DNA of 63,790 nucleotides, filler included, from Octopus bimaculoides (lineage: Eukaryota): the NCBI RefSeq assembly GCF_001194135.2. It is 6 parts of 6 records of this genome, joined end to end, with 100 filler letters (N's around TTAATTAATTAA, not from the genome) between each part and the next. Parts side by side here need not be neighbours in the genome. Positions count along the whole stretch, not along the records: positions 34,701 to 44,457 come from NC_069000.1; positions 44,558 to 59,629 come from NC_069001.1; 4 more parts are not named here. One strand, given 5' to 3'. The notes under the pieces were generated by a model. The model saw only the letters and a list, made by a program, of their open reading frames with translations. It did no database searches and was not told the DNA's origin. Position numbers and translations under genes: made by a program. This document shows, one piece after another, positions 36,812 to 50,657 of the stretch; the first letter of the stretch is position 1; every line of letters starts with the position of its first letter.

Positions 36812-37349
36812 GCACTTATACACCCCTGCATATACGAATTATCTTATTTCTATCAAAATGTATTCATTTTAAGGTGTATTAAATGAAATTAAAATAAAAT
36901 ATTCTAAAGTTTATTTTTGGGATTTTGATCAATTCTACAGAAGAATTTTTTTTATATCAAATATTTTATTTTTAAAATATAATGTTTTTGCTGTTCTTTG
37001 CATCTTTAGAAAACTTGCAACATCGATTTTGGAAACAGAAAGAATTTTGGTTTCGGAATTTTTGCTAAATTCCTTTTTATCCGGTTTATTTTGTAGTGAA
37101 AGGTCCTTCCATCCCATTATCTCATCGATTTTGTTGTTAAAGAATTGAAAGAGGCCAAGTTTAAATGACAACAGCTTCACCTCACCAATTTTATTCTGCA
37201 ATATCACTATTGATTATTGGTTACTACTCCAGGTAAAGATATCGTTGTTATTTTTGTTGCTATTGGTACTTCTGTTTTGTTACTGTTGCCATTTCTTAAC
37301 CCCAGGTCAATCCTGGTCAAGTAAACATGTTGAAAACCGTTCCAGTTAT

Positions 37350-37720
37350 GATAATTCCGTCTTTTGTTCAGTTAATTTAGGATTCGTTATCCAATGGCCC
37401 AAAATACTTCATGGCTTGATCCCCAGATCAAAGATGAGGTTTATAGATGCATTCCATCGAGCTCAACTATTATTTTTCCATGTAGGGTAATCTCTGTTGG
37501 CCAATCCTACTGTGTTGAAAACCAAGCCATATCACGTTACATTTTGGAGATTTCCATACCTGAATACTGGACACAAAGATCACTCAACCACATTGGTGAT
37601 CTTGTTAGAGACGAGCAACATGAAATTTAGGATCTACCAAAGCTCAGGGGCAACAATGGTCTGAAACGAATCTCGACTGCAGCCCCTGAAGAAAAAGAAG
37701 ACTTAATCCAATGGGCGTTA
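37350..37720 (-). pseudogene. Possible highly decayed Gypsy RT fragment
   Basis: NLQNVT*YGLVFN and IFDLGIKP resemble post-YxDD Gypsy RT motifs; weak. Confidence 0.25.
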
Positions 37721-38174
37721 TCATTTTCTAAAGTTAGCCATGTGTGGTTTGGAAGGCAGTGGGTAGATTTGACTTTATTATAAATGCATAGCCTCAAATC
37801 GGTTTTTGTTTAACAGTCCTATCATCATTTGTTTAACAGTTCTATCGTCGACCATTACGTCTTTTGCTACATGTAAAAACTACATTCTCCAATATGATCT
37901 TCCCTTCTTTTTTAAGATAATATTGTGTGATCTCACGGGAATTTGGTTGCTATTTTTAGCAAGTTAAGCGACTGCACAAAAGTTTGGTGTCAAGAAAACC
38001 GGTATGGGGAACAAAACATCGGCTGATGCTAAGTTCCATCTGGCGTATCTATCATGTGACCTTGCTTTCGTTTGATAGCAATAAATCTAGAAAAACTATA
38101 TATATGTGAACGAGTTTACATATATATGTGTATGTGCGTGTGTGTGTATGCATGTATATGTGTATGTGTATATG

Positions 38175-38219
<45 letters not shown>

Positions 38220-38691
38220 NNNNNNNNNNNNNNNNNNNNNNNNNNNNNNNNNNNNNNNNNNNNNNNNNNNNNNNNNNNNNNNNNNNNNNNNNNNNNNNNN
38301 NNNNNNNNNNNNNNNNNNNNNNNNNNNNNNNNNNNNNNNNNNNNNNNNNNNNNNNNNNNNNNNNNNNNNNNNNNNNNNNNNNNNNNNNNNNNNNNNNNNN
38401 NNNNNNNNNNNNNNNNNNNNNNNNNNNNNNNNNNNNNNNNNNNNNNNNNNNNNNNNNNNNNNNNNNNNNNNNNNNNNNNNNNNNNNNNNNNNNNNNNNNN
38501 NNNNNNNNNNNNNNNNNNNNNNNNNNNNNNNNNNNNNNNNNNNNNNNNNNNNNNNNNNNNNNNNNNNNNNNNNNNNNNNNNNNNNNNNNNNNNNNNNNNN
38601 NNNNNNNNNNNNNNNNNNNNNNNNNNNNNNNNNNNNNNNNNNNNNNNNNNNNNNNNNNNNNNNNNNNNNNNNNNNNNNNNNNNNNNNNNNN

Positions 38692-38725
<34 letters not shown>

Positions 38726-39630
38726 GTGTACAGTGATACAGACGGATAGTGTGCGTGATGTGTGCTTGTGTAGATGTGTATATAATTTTATGTGCATTCA
38801 TTGATTTGTATTAAATCTGAGCAAAAAAAAAAAATAGGTATGCATGGCCCATGTTTATCTATTTATACACGCCATTATACACCATTATAAAAAGACACAC
38901 ACACACACATACAGACACACACATGCACAGATGCGGGCACAGACAGTCACAGACTCACAAATACATACTCACACATACACACTGAAACCGTTGATGAAGA
39001 AGGAGAAGATGAAGAATGGCATGTACTGATTAAGCTCTCAAGCTCCGTCAAAGAGAAAAGAACCGAACTAAACAAGCGGACAGTGGAGATAAATAGATTA
39101 TTTAATACATAGACCAACGGCTTAGCTAACCAGGCTGAATAAATTCGCACTCGCTTAACTTTCGTCTTCATTTGGACACGTCGGCTGTAGTTAGAGACGG
39201 CAGCCATTTGTATAGAATCAAATAAAGGCGGTGGTACGTTTTATTTTTATTTTTAGCTTATGTGACTATCCTATCTCTGACCATCAGTTCATGTCAACGT
39301 ATAATGTATGCGTATATATATATACATATATATGTGTGTGTGTGTGTACATGTATGTTTGTGTCTGTATTTGTTTTATGTATTTGTTTTATGTATTTGTA
39401 AGTATGCTGTTCAGTGTGAGTCTGTATGTGAATGTATTCGTATGTATATGTGGGAATATATTTTGGTATGTCAGTTGTGTGTTCATGTTATTTTAGTCAC
39501 TGTATACTTGATATAATTTTTAAATTTAATGTATGCGTGCGTGAGTGTATACTTTGGAAGTCGTCTTTTTACGCTTGGAAATTATATATATATATATATN
39601 NNNNNNNNNNNNNNNNNNNNNNNNNNNNNN

Positions 39631-40440
39631 NAAATACAAAATGGGACAAGAACGCAAAACATTCAGACGGTTAGGTGATACAAAAAAGGGACAACAAAAC
39701 ATCAAGATAAACGATACAAAGAAAACAAGGACGGGTCATTCGGAGTTTTCTTTCCTCAGTCGAGTTCCAGATTATCTTTGCAATTTCGGCTGGTTATTCA
39801 CGATATTGCTCCAATCTGGCCAGCCCCAAGGAAAAACTAAGCTTAGAGCATTAGATTCCTTGGAAGAAAGCAACGAATGTATACGAAAACAAGGACGGGG
39901 AAAAAACTCAGAATGTTACACAAATACAAATAACAAGACATAACAATAGGTGTCATTCGACTAAGGACGAATTAAATGTCTGCAAATCATCAGTGCGACC
40001 AAAACCGGAAATGACGCTGCAGAAAATAATTTTCTGCATCGAAACCTGTCTATTAGAGAACACAGTTATTTAAATTTAAATAATAAGGGTAAAAAATTGA
40101 TATTAATTTGATTAATATCAATTTAAACCAGTGGCCGAGCATATTGAAAAGATATGAAGATTCAGAGAAATTATATTACATACATATAAGAGGGATGACC
40201 ACTAGGTGGACATCTAATATTCTAAATGTAGGCCCCATATGGTCTGACCACGAAGAAAACATTGTTCTCAAGAAAATTCAGCAAACACCAGAACGTAAGC
40301 GAGCAAGACAAATGAAAAGATACAAAATATAATGATTAGTAACATACTAGGTTTTACTATTTACATATTTACACACGTAAATGTCTCCAAATCATTAGTG
40401 ACCGTCATAGAAAATATAATTTGCAGAACTATACACGAGG
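39631..40440 (+). mobile_element. Penelope-associated pseudo-LTR-like repeat with a hammerhead relic (40010-40050)
   Basis: gctgcagaaaat-a-attttctgcatc GAAAC CT GTC; downstream part is homologous to 56090-57160. Confidence 0.45.
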
Positions 40441-40589
40441 CGTCCACACGAGAGAGAACATGCATGCCGATAGAATAAGTACCTAAGCTTATGAAGAATA
40501 AGTCCTGGGGTCGATTTCTTCGACTAAAGGCGATACTCGAGTATGGATGCAGTTAAATAACTGAAACAAATAAAAGAAGATATATATAA

Positions 40590-40975
40590 TTAAAAATGTG
40601 TTATAAAATTTTATATAAACCCAACTAACAGTTAAAAAATATGGAGAAGATATGTTAGAAGTTAATATAAATTTTTAATCCATTCGATCGTTTCGAATAA
40701 TAATACTGACATGTAAGAAAACATGAAAAAATTTAAATTAATTATAATAATAATTAAAATAGTAATTAAATTAATTTAATTTAAATATTATTTTAATTAT
40801 TATTATAATTAATTTAATTTTTTCCATGTCTTCTTACATGTCGGTATTATCATACGAAACGATCGTATGGATTAAATATTTATATTAACTTTTAACATCT
40901 CTTTTCCATTTTTTTTTTACTGTTAGTTGGGTTTATATAGGATTTTATCCTATAATACTCAACACATTTTTAATT
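40590..40975. repeat. About 190-bp-arm imperfect palindrome centred near 40765
   Basis: aaacccaactaacagt / actgttagttgggttt; ccattcgatcgtttcg / cgaaacgatcgtatgg; catgtaagaa / ttcttacatg. Confidence 0.75.
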
Positions 40976-42010
40976 GTCATATTTTCATATTTAAAATTAC
41001 TTGCAATAGTAAGTTATTATTTGATATGAAGAATATTTATTATAAATATGACCCTTTGAAACCCCCAAAGAAGGTCTAGATGTTCTACTTAAACAATTTT
41101 TCTCACACAAATATATATATTTATATAGTAGAAGACACCTGCCTAATGTGCCAAGCAGTGGGACTGAACCCGGAACCATGTGGTTCGTAAGCAAGCTACT
41201 TACCACATAGCCACTCCTACGCCTATTTGTATTTATATTTACCATATTTGAATGAAATTCTCTACTCATATAAAGAAAGATTGCATTTCTGAGCTGCCGT
41301 ATGTATTATCCAACACATTACTTCAAATTCAGTGTCAGTTTTGATGTATGAGAATCATATCTCGAGGCATTTTTGCTAAAACAGAAATTTGCACACAATC
41401 TACTTATTTATATAAATATATTTATGACTGGATTATGCAAAAGTGTCTCTTACAATGTGCGTGCATATCTGTACGAGATAGTACAGATATATGTGTGTCT
41501 ATATACATACATACATACATACATACATACATTATATATATATATATANNNNNNNNNNNNNNNNNNNNNNNNNNNNNNNNNNNNNNNTATATATATGCAT
41601 GCATGTATGTATATAATTATAAGAGTGTATTTAGTCATGCAGGAGTAAATATTCATAAATGTCTAAGTGTTTGCCTGTATAAATATATCAATCTATGTAT
41701 TTGTTTATTCATGACGATGTATGTAACCATGTATGAGTGTGTGTGTGTGTGTGTGTGAATGTGAGTGTGCGCGCGTGTGTGTGTGTATGAGTGTGCGTGT
41801 GTGTGTGTGTGTGTATTTTAATAGGTGTGTACAAAACTATCTGTGTGTGTGTGTTCATACAGATAGATACACACATACATGCATATAGACACACATACAG
41901 CTCAGACAGACACACACATAGCACAGGCAGACACATACGTATACACACAAGCACATATACACATACTCACATACGCAAAACAAATATACAAACGCACATA
42001 TATATACGTA

Positions 42011-42073
<63 letters not shown>

Positions 42074-42944
42074 TATATATATTCAGTTATTGTTGTGATT
42101 ATTATTTTTGTTACTATGATTATTATTATTGTTATTATTGGTAATGATGTTGATGTAATTGCTGTTGTATGTATGTAGATATTTGTTCATGTATATATAT
42201 ATATATACATATAATTATATAAGGACGTGTTCATATACGTGTGTAAGTATGTATGAATACCACTCTAATGTTAATTGCAATTACTGTAAACATAAATGTT
42301 TAATAAGCAGAGTAAATGTTTAGGGCGCAGGGTGGATGGGGGTATTTTGAGTGAAATCCCTTAAAAGATCTAATTAACTTCCATAAACACCTTGTAGACA
42401 GGGGTTTAACCAACCCAGCTTCTCTGCTAAATAGACACGATTCTCACTACTAACTTGACACCTCTCTTCTTAGACTCATTTTTCTTTCTTTCTGTTATTT
42501 TATTTTTTTTTCGTTCAGGAATTTTCTGAGTCGCCAGAAGACCTACACCGAACCGTACAAATTAGATCTATTAAGACTTAATTAATGAACGGAAGTTAAA
42601 TAAGAAGGAAGTTAAGATAGTAATCGAACTCTGAACCTCTTAGTTTCATAGTTTATTACTTAGGCTCGTTGAATATGGTTAATAACTTGTAAAGAAGTAA
42701 TTAAGAGTTTGTCAAAGAAATATTATTTACACGGAAAACACGCTGCGTGCAGATGATAAAGGTTGACTATTGCCTCGGGCTATAACGGGGAGAGAAAAGT
42801 GGGGGAGAATGCGAGTGAGACTGCCAAGAATTTTATTGTAAGACGGTATGCCTCTGTTGAATATGTGGGATATAATTTGAATACGAGAATTTATATACAC
42901 ATACATACATACATACATACGTATGTATGTGTGTATGTATGTAT

Positions 42945-43290
42945 AACTTTTACTTGTTGCAGACGTTTGACTGTGGTCATGCCTTGAAGAACTATTTTCG
43001 AAAGCCTGGCCCTTATTTTATCAGTATCTTTTGCCGAACCGCTAAGTTGCGGGACGTAAACACACCAACATCGGTTGTCAAACGGCGTGAAGTGGGGAAC
43101 AAATACATACTCGAAAATACACAGAGATAGTTATGCATATATATATACGATAGGCTTCTTTCAGTTTCCGTCTACGAAATCCACTCACGAGGCTTTGGTC
43201 GGCACAAGGCTATAGTAGAGGACACTTTATCGAGGTGCCATGCAGTGGGACCGAACCCCACCTAGAATCGCGTACTTAGGAAGCAAACTT
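42945..43290 (-). mobile_element. Near full-length OR2-like SINE (a 5' piece also at 41125-41225)
   Basis: Head (ggttcggtcccactgcatggcacc), ctactatagccttgtgccgaccaaagcc, cgtagacggaaactgaaagaagcc, tttacgtcccgcaacttagcggttcggc. Confidence 0.75.
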
Positions 43291-44416
43291 CTTTATTTCA
43301 TTTGATTAGCCATGAAGGCTGTACATAGAGCAGCAGAAGCTAGGAACTTGACAAAGACATTAATGAAAATATGGTAGGATGACACAGATGAAAAATGAGA
43401 GGGGTGCCAGCGCCCACCGACTGGCAACCCCACGAAAACATTGTTTCAATACAAATCATTTACATATCATTTACAAAATCAGTTATGCAATACAAATCAA
43501 ATTCATTAATACAATTAATCATAACTAATCCGCCCTGCCACGGACCTTAAGCAAACGACTTGCTGCCCGCAGACAAGTCCGCATGGACAAGTCGGAGTCC
43601 GTGGCGAGGCAGATAAAATCCTCCAAACTTCTTACCACACAGCCACGCCTGCACCTATATGCATGTCATGATAGATCGCTGACCACTACATTTATATTTT
43701 TTTCTCCTTGTTTCTCTCCTTATTTCTTTCTGTGTTCCTTTCAGTTGAAGAGCGTATGCTCGAAACGTCAAAGACTTTCTCAATTCCCGAGCGTTAAACT
43801 AATACACCCATCTGTTGTTTACACCACTTGTCTTCGTCTGTTGTTGTTTCTTTCGTAAATTCTCCCATACATGTATGTATGCATGTATTTATGTCATTAT
43901 TCAGCTTATTTCACGTTTTCTGGCCAAAGCTCACCTTCTCCATCAGCAGGCGTCAGGTGCCGCAGTGATCACAGAGAAACATGAGATAAAGTGTTTTGCG
44001 CAAGAACACAATACACCACCCGGTCGAGGAACTGAAATCACGATCGCTGAATCGTGAGTGTATCAAACTAACCACTGGACAGTATGTATATTTATGTATA
44101 TGTATATAGAAATGCACATACTCACACATACACACACACACGCACACAGACACAAATACATACACAAGCTCAGAGAAGTAGACGGGCATATGAGTGTTTG
44201 TATGTGTATGAATGCGTGTGTGTCTATGTATGTATGCATGCATACGAACATACATACATACATACATACATACATACATACAAACAAACATATATATACA
44301 TACATACAAACATACATGCATACATACAAACATATATACATACAAATATACATACACACATACAAACATATATACATACAGATAGACATACATATATACA
44401 TACATACATACATACA

Positions 44417-44447
<31 letters not shown>

Positions 44448-44457
44448 GTGTATACGC

Positions 44458-44557
44458 NNNNNNNNNNNNNNNNNNNNNNNNNNNNNNNNNNNNNNNNNNN
44501 NTTAATTAATTAANNNNNNNNNNNNNNNNNNNNNNNNNNNNNNNNNNNNNNNNNNNN
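44458..44557. other. Artificial scaffold-join spacer
   Basis: 44N-TTAATTAATTAA-44N. Confidence 0.95.
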
Positions 44558-44676
44558 ACTAACCCTCATCGTAACTCTAACCCTAACCGTAACCCTAAAA
44601 CCCTAACCCTGACCCAAAAACCGTAACCCTAACACCCTAGTGAAAATTGTGCGGGTGTTAATCTGAAAAATTACCC
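44558..44676. mobile_element. MITE end carrying degenerate (CCCTAA)n
   Basis: ccctaa/ccgtaa/ctctaa units then gggtgttaatctgaaaaattaccc. Confidence 0.5.
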
Positions 44677-45769
44677 ACATTTGTAATGAAGTTCACTGAT
44701 TTGCAATGTGTTGTCAATAAGCTCCGTAGTTTGTATATTTACAAAACATTGACGAACATGAGTTATCTTGTAGTGAATGCTTGTGTGTACGTGCGCGTGT
44801 ATGCGTTTGAGAGAGCGAGAGAGAAGAGGGAGAGAGGAAAAGAGAGAGGGGGGAGAAAGGAATAGAGAACGGGAGCAATGAAGAAAGCGAAAGAGAGGAA
44901 GTACTCCATCCTGGGGATGGAGGAAAAGAAAACGATTGCAGCCAAATCGAAAAAAAAGCTGTCGTAGACAGTTTAAGCAGGATCCTACAGGAATGAAAAT
45001 AAAATAATAAAAATAGATATAAATTATAAAATTAAAATCAAAATTAAAACTTTATACACTTTTAACACGTATTTAAACATGATAAACGTAAAAACAAAAA
45101 AACTTCCGATTTCACTGAAATGGATAGTTAATTCTGGGACACCCTGTATATATTAGCGGGTGCGAGAGGTATTTGAAGACATATTTGGTAATATAATAAA
45201 CCAATTCTAATCTTGCAAATAACCAAATGTATTTTAACAAAAAATTTCTGTAAATGTTCTCGATAAGCTTTCTTATAAGATTATTCTTTGAATATGTCTT
45301 CAACATCGATGACTGCTTAATGTGAAATAGGAATCGTTGATATGCCTGTACTATTTAATGGTGCTTATTTGTTTCCAACATCACCTGGACATTCTTGGTG
45401 AGTAGGAAATTCTTGTTTGTGGATCACATAAAGATAATCTTCAAAATATGGTCGTATAAGGCGCTTGTACTGAGGTCGATTCATACGACAAAAAATTCTG
45501 CAGGGCAGTGCTCCAGCATGGTCACAGTCTAATGACTGAAACAAGTAAGGCATAGAAGATATAAGATGGCTGCTGTGTTGTTTTCTGTCCTAGAAGTGAG
45601 TCAGAGTCCAGGTCTCTAACGATGTTACTTCATGGCCGTCTACTTATTCTGTAAAATATATCTACGTTCCCATCAGTATTGAAAATCTCCAGTTGCATTG
45701 ATCCGTTTCTTAGGTCTTACATTCATCTTACAACATCTATGGAGTAACTTATTCACATCAAATGTAATA

Positions 45770-45985
45770 ATGATTTCAAATTTTGGTACAAAGGCAGGAA
45801 TTTTGGGAGAGGACTTAAATTGATTACACCGACTCCAGTGTTCGACTTGTGCTTATTTTATTGACCTCGAAAGGATGAAAGGCAAAGTCGATCTCGACGG
45901 CATTTGAACTCAGAACTTAAGGACGGACAAAATGTCGCTAAGCATTTTGACCGGAGTGCTAAAGATTCTGCCAGCTCACCGCCTC
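45770..45985 (-). mobile_element. tRNA-derived SINE, antisense copy
   Basis: gaaaggatgaaaggcaaagtcgatctcgacggcatttgaactcagaac...ctgccagctcaccgcc. Confidence 0.8.
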
Positions 45986-46102
45986 AGGTAAAATGTAATA
46001 ATGAAAAACGAAAAGAAAACCTACCCATAAAGGGAACTGCGTGACAATATAGCCGGGAGAGAAGTACAAATATCGCTTGGGAAATTCTCCTAAATAAGGT
46101 GT

Positions 46103-46795
46103 GGGTCTGTGCAGTTTCGCACACAGATTTTTAAAATAATTTTTTGTTAATTAAATAGTTTGAAACTTCGTATACTGGTGGAATTTCTCACGCTCAACAC
46201 GGATTACTTTCAACATTTTTGACAAAATTTCGTATTTTAGAAGTTATTTCGTGTTGAAGTTGTCGTATTTACGTAATTTTAACCAATCAACAACGTGTAT
46301 TCAGTTGAAGAAAGCTACTGCTGTTTGTAATAGTAATCGAAGAGGAACAACATCCGGGTCAGCACCGTGGATTCCTTACTCTTTCCCTCTCTACTGGCAG
46401 ACAGCCACCTCTATACCATCAACTACCAACCAGCGAGCGAACTTGTCACTGCCACTACAATTACTGCTGTATCTCTAACTGGTTGCATCGATGCGACCCC
46501 CCCCCCCAAAAGCGTGTAATATGCAAGAGGCAGTAAACAAAAATGAAATAGAACAGAGTGGTGACATTTAGTAGAGAAAAGCCGGATGTTGTTCCTCTTC
46601 GATTACTTTTGCAAACAGCAGTAGCTTTCTTCAACTGAATACAAGTTGTTGATTGGTTAAAATTACCCAAATACACCAGCTTCAACACCAAGTAAACCAT
46701 GTTCAGCGTGAAAAATTCCACCGGTATACGAAGTTTCAAACTGTTTAGTTAAAAAAAGATGATTAAAAAATCTGTGAGCAAAACTGAATAGATCC
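46103..46795. mobile_element. Merlin-like MITE with about 265-bp inverted arms and 8-bp TSD
   Basis: TSD taaggtgt at 46095-46102 and 46796-46803; ends GGGTCT / AGATCC. Confidence 0.75.
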
Positions 46796-47883
46796 TAAGG
46801 TGTGATGGACCCAGTTACGAGGGGAAGAAACGAAATGAATCCCTCAAGACAGTGTAAAGCTGTACTTGTTTTAAATTTACGTTTATGTATTTGTTTTGCA
46901 AGATTCTTGATGTGAAATCCTGTGTTGAAACAGATATTGTTATACTTAGAGATGGTCATATTTTTTGCCAGTTAAACACACACACTATATACTTGGGCTT
47001 TACTTCAACTTTATTATTATTATTATTATTATCATTATTATTATTATTATTATTTTGGTGTCCTTTGACACTAACATGATAATAATAAAGCTGAAGTGAA
47101 GACCAAATATAAAGTGTGTGTGCTTAATTGGTAAAATATGACCATCCCAAAGTATAACATTATAACAATCATTTTTGCGAAAAAGGAAGAAAGAAAAACG
47201 CCAGCAAGAACCATTTTTAGTTCCTGACCAAATTCCAGTATTTGACCTTGTGAACTTGTCTCTACGTGAACTTAACAAGGTGGATGTCAGCTCAGTTAAT
47301 TACAACGAGATACTCAACCCACCCTCAAACATTTTTCTTCCCTTCTATTAGTTTGGTTCTGATAATTCCGTTGCTATCACAATGATCCTGCAAGAATAGG
47401 GTCAGACAAGTTGGACAATATAAATATATATTCATTAAATTATTCTGCTATGCAATTAATGGTCAGTTGTTCCTCGTCATGTGAATGGTTCTTGTACATG
47501 TATTTTTTATGTTTTTTGTGGGTATGAGAATGAGAATTGTTTCTGTTAATAGCAGACATTCTGCTTTATTGATAATCCCCACTGAGAGCTTGCTGTTAGA
47601 GTTTGATAAGAGATCACCGATAAAAGGTCAGTTGCTTTATATTAGCAGCCGATAATCATTTATGTATATGTGTGTATGTATAGAAGCATGTAGATGTATG
47701 TATATGTGAATATATGCGTGTGTATGTAAGTATGTATGTGTTCATGCATGTGTGTATGTACGTGTATATATATATATATATGTATGTACGTGTGTATACA
47801 TATGTACGTGTGTATATATATGTACGTGTGTATATATATGTAGTATGCTCATACGTGTTACATATATGTGTGTGTGTGTGTGT

Positions 47884-47972
47884 GTATGAGGATTTGTGTG
47901 TATATGAGGCTTTGTGTGTGTATGAGGCTTTGTGTGTATATGAGGCTTTGTGTGTATATGAGGCTTTGTGTG
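47884..47972. repeat. 18-bp minisatellite (tatgaggctttgtgtgta), about 5 copies
   Basis: Direct inspection. Confidence 0.8.
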
Positions 47973-48077
47973 TATGTGTGTATGCCTTACATGTGTGTGT
48001 ATGTATATGTATCACTATTCATTCGCATGAATATACATATATCTCTCATCTCATAATGCGTCTTGTTTATTTATCTG

Positions 48078-48150
<73 letters not shown>

Positions 48151-49115
48151 TTCCTTTAAACGGGAAGGAAGAGCTATTTTTATCGCACTTTTTTTTTATC
48201 GTACTTGTGGCTATGGTGAAAGAATGTATCTGTTGGACGCGTCTGAAAGGATTNNNNNNNNNNNNNNNNNNNNNNNNNNNNNNNNNNNNNNNNNNNNNNN
48301 NNNNNNNNNNNNNNNNNNNNNNNNNNNNNNNNNNNNNNNNNNNNNNNNNNNNNNNNNNNNNNNNNNNNNNNNNNNNNNNNNNNNNNNNNNNNNNNNNNNN
48401 NNNNNNNNNNNNNNNNNNNNNNNNNNNNNNNNNNNNNNNNNNNNNNNNNNNNNNNNNNNNNNNNNNNNNNNNNNNNNNNNNNNNNNNNNNNNNNNNNNNN
48501 NNNNNNNNNNNNNNNNNNNNNNNNNNNNNNNNNNNNNNNNNNNNNNNNNNNNNNNNNNNNNNNNNNNNNNNNNNNNNNNNNNNNNNNNNNNNNNNNNNNN
48601 NNNNNNNNNNNNNNNNNNNNNNNNNNNNNNNNNNNNNNNNNNNNNNNNNNNNNNNNNNNNNNNNNNNNNNNNNNNNNNNNNNNNNNNNNNNNNNNNNNNN
48701 NNNNNNNNNNNNNNNNNNNNNNNNNNNNNNNNNNNNNNNNNNNNNNNNNNNNNNNNNNNNNNNNNNNNNNNNNNNNNNNNNNNNNNNNNNNNNNNNNNNN
48801 NNNNNNNNNNNNNNNNNNNNNNNNNNNNNNNNNNNNNNNNNNNNNNNNNNNNNNNNNNNNNNNNNNNNNNNNNNNNNNNNNNNNNNNNNNNNNNNNNNNN
48901 NNNNNNNNNNNNNNNNNNNNNNNNNNNNNNNNNNNNNNNNNNNNNNNNNNNNNNNNNNNNNNNNNNNNNNNNNNNNNNNNNNNNNNNNNNNNNNNNNNNN
49001 NNNNNNNNNNNNNNNNNNNNNNNNNNNNNNNNNNNNNNNNNNNNNNNNNNNNNNNNNNNNNNNNNNNNNNNNNNNNNNNNNNNNNNNNNNNNNNNNNNNN
49101 NNNNNNNNNNNNNNN

Positions 49116-49598
49116 GCTAGCACTAAATTCGGAACGATGTGGTTGGGAAACAAGCCTCTTATCATACAGCCATGTCTGCGCCTAATAAATTTCTGAATAT
49201 TAGGCGAAGACATGGCTGTATGATAAGAGGCTTGTTTCCCAACCACATCGTTCCGAATTTAGTGCTAGCGTGCAGCACCTTGAGCAAGTGTCTTCTGCTT
49301 TACCCTTGGGCCGACCAAAGTGTACATACATAGGAAAGGTCGTCAACATAGCCGATAGAGCTTGGCACTAGTGACGCCAGAGGATTTGGTGTGAACATGC
49401 AAAGAGCGAAAATAGATACCACAAATTATCTTTTACGATCCTGGCTGTGTGGTAAGAAACTTGCTTCATAACACATGGTTCTAGGTTCAGTCCCATTGCG
49501 TGGCACCCTGGGCAAGTGTCCTCTACTATAGCTGCAGGCTGACCAAAGCCTTCTGAGTGGATTTGGTAGTCGGAAATTGAAAGAAGCTTAGCGTATAT
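49116..49598 (+). mobile_element. OR2-like SINE heads; the first forms a near-perfect 150-bp palindrome (49116-49269) at a gap edge
   Basis: gctagcactaaattcggaacgatg...catcgttccgaatttagtgctagc; second head at about 49440. Confidence 0.7.
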
Positions 49599-49599
49599 A

Positions 49600-50657
49600 C
49601 AGGTGCGTGAGATATTTGAGGACAGATTTATGTTTGTTATATAATAACAGATAGCTTTATTTATCGAAAAATGCTATGAGGATAAAAATAAACCTTCTTT
49701 TCTATGATGTTATTCAATAAAGTCGCCTTCAGCTTCAACAACTGCTTCTATATAAGATCTAAATCATCTACATGCTCCAATCAAGTGGTCCTAGTTCATT
49801 TTGCATATTACTCTGACTGTGGCAGGTTTCAAAGAATTTTTGGTATTATGGGTGTGTTCATTGAACTCTCTCTCAACAACGATCCACATGTAATAATCCA
49901 ATGGATTGAGATCTGGGGAATTAGGAGGCCAAATTTTAGGGGTTACGTGATAATGAAAATTTTCAGTCGTCCATTCTTGTGTTACTAGAGCCATGTGTGA
50001 TAGTGCAGAGTCTTACTGAAATACATATGACCTTACATTGCATACACTGTCTATCCAGGGCTTAACAATTATTTCCAGAACCTCAATGTAGGTGGCAAAA
50101 TTAACTCTGAGGCCTTGTGGAAAGAAGTAAGGAGGCATCACATATCCTTCATTGCTGACAACCTCTAAAACTGACAGTGGCAGGAAATTGTGTATTCATA
50201 GCACTTGCATAACTTCAGAAGGATCTGCATATAACCATCTGTCATTTCTTCTGTTATTTCTTTCTCGTTTGAGAAAAACTAAATCAAATCTTCTGCTGGA
50301 TTTTTTTACTTTAAGAGCCTTGTAGATAGGATGTAGTAATCTTTTTTTGCTTTTTGGGACAAATTGACCCTTCCTCATCATATAAGATTTATATCTGATG
50401 TCTTCGTGGACAACATTTCTGACTGTTCTTTCTGACACATAGAGATCTTTTGCAATAGACCTCATGGACTTTCTGGGATTGTAACTTGTTGAACTTGCTG
50501 GATAAATTCAGGTGTTCTGATGATTTCAGAGCGTTTAGAATGCTTTTTATGCTTTGATACTGGTGATACATTTCCATCTTCAGACTCTAGCTCCTTACAA
50601 ACTTTGTAGACGAAAGATTTGGCAACTTTTAAAAATCGAGATATTTCTAAATCATTA
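49600..50657 (-). pseudogene. Decayed DD37D (maT-type) Tc1/mariner transposon with right terminus at 49600
   Basis: MRSIAKDL.VSERTVRNVVHEDI; RRNDRW; VFQ*DSALSH...WPPNSPDLNPLDYY with 37 residues between D2 and D3; ends AEGDFIE*; TA-CAGGTG terminus. Confidence 0.88.

Noticed and set aside
38947-39207. Minus-strand ORF MAAVSNYSRR... or YY1-type promoter
   Set aside because: Only a single caaatggctgcc motif; no donor site, CpG island or homology support
43395-43435. SECIS element
   Set aside because: Quartet and helix II are plausible, but the loop lacks the AA motif, helix I is weak and no upstream Sec-type ORF is visible
44558-44640. True chromosome end or telomere fusion
   Set aside because: Repeats are short, degenerate and bounded by MITE termini
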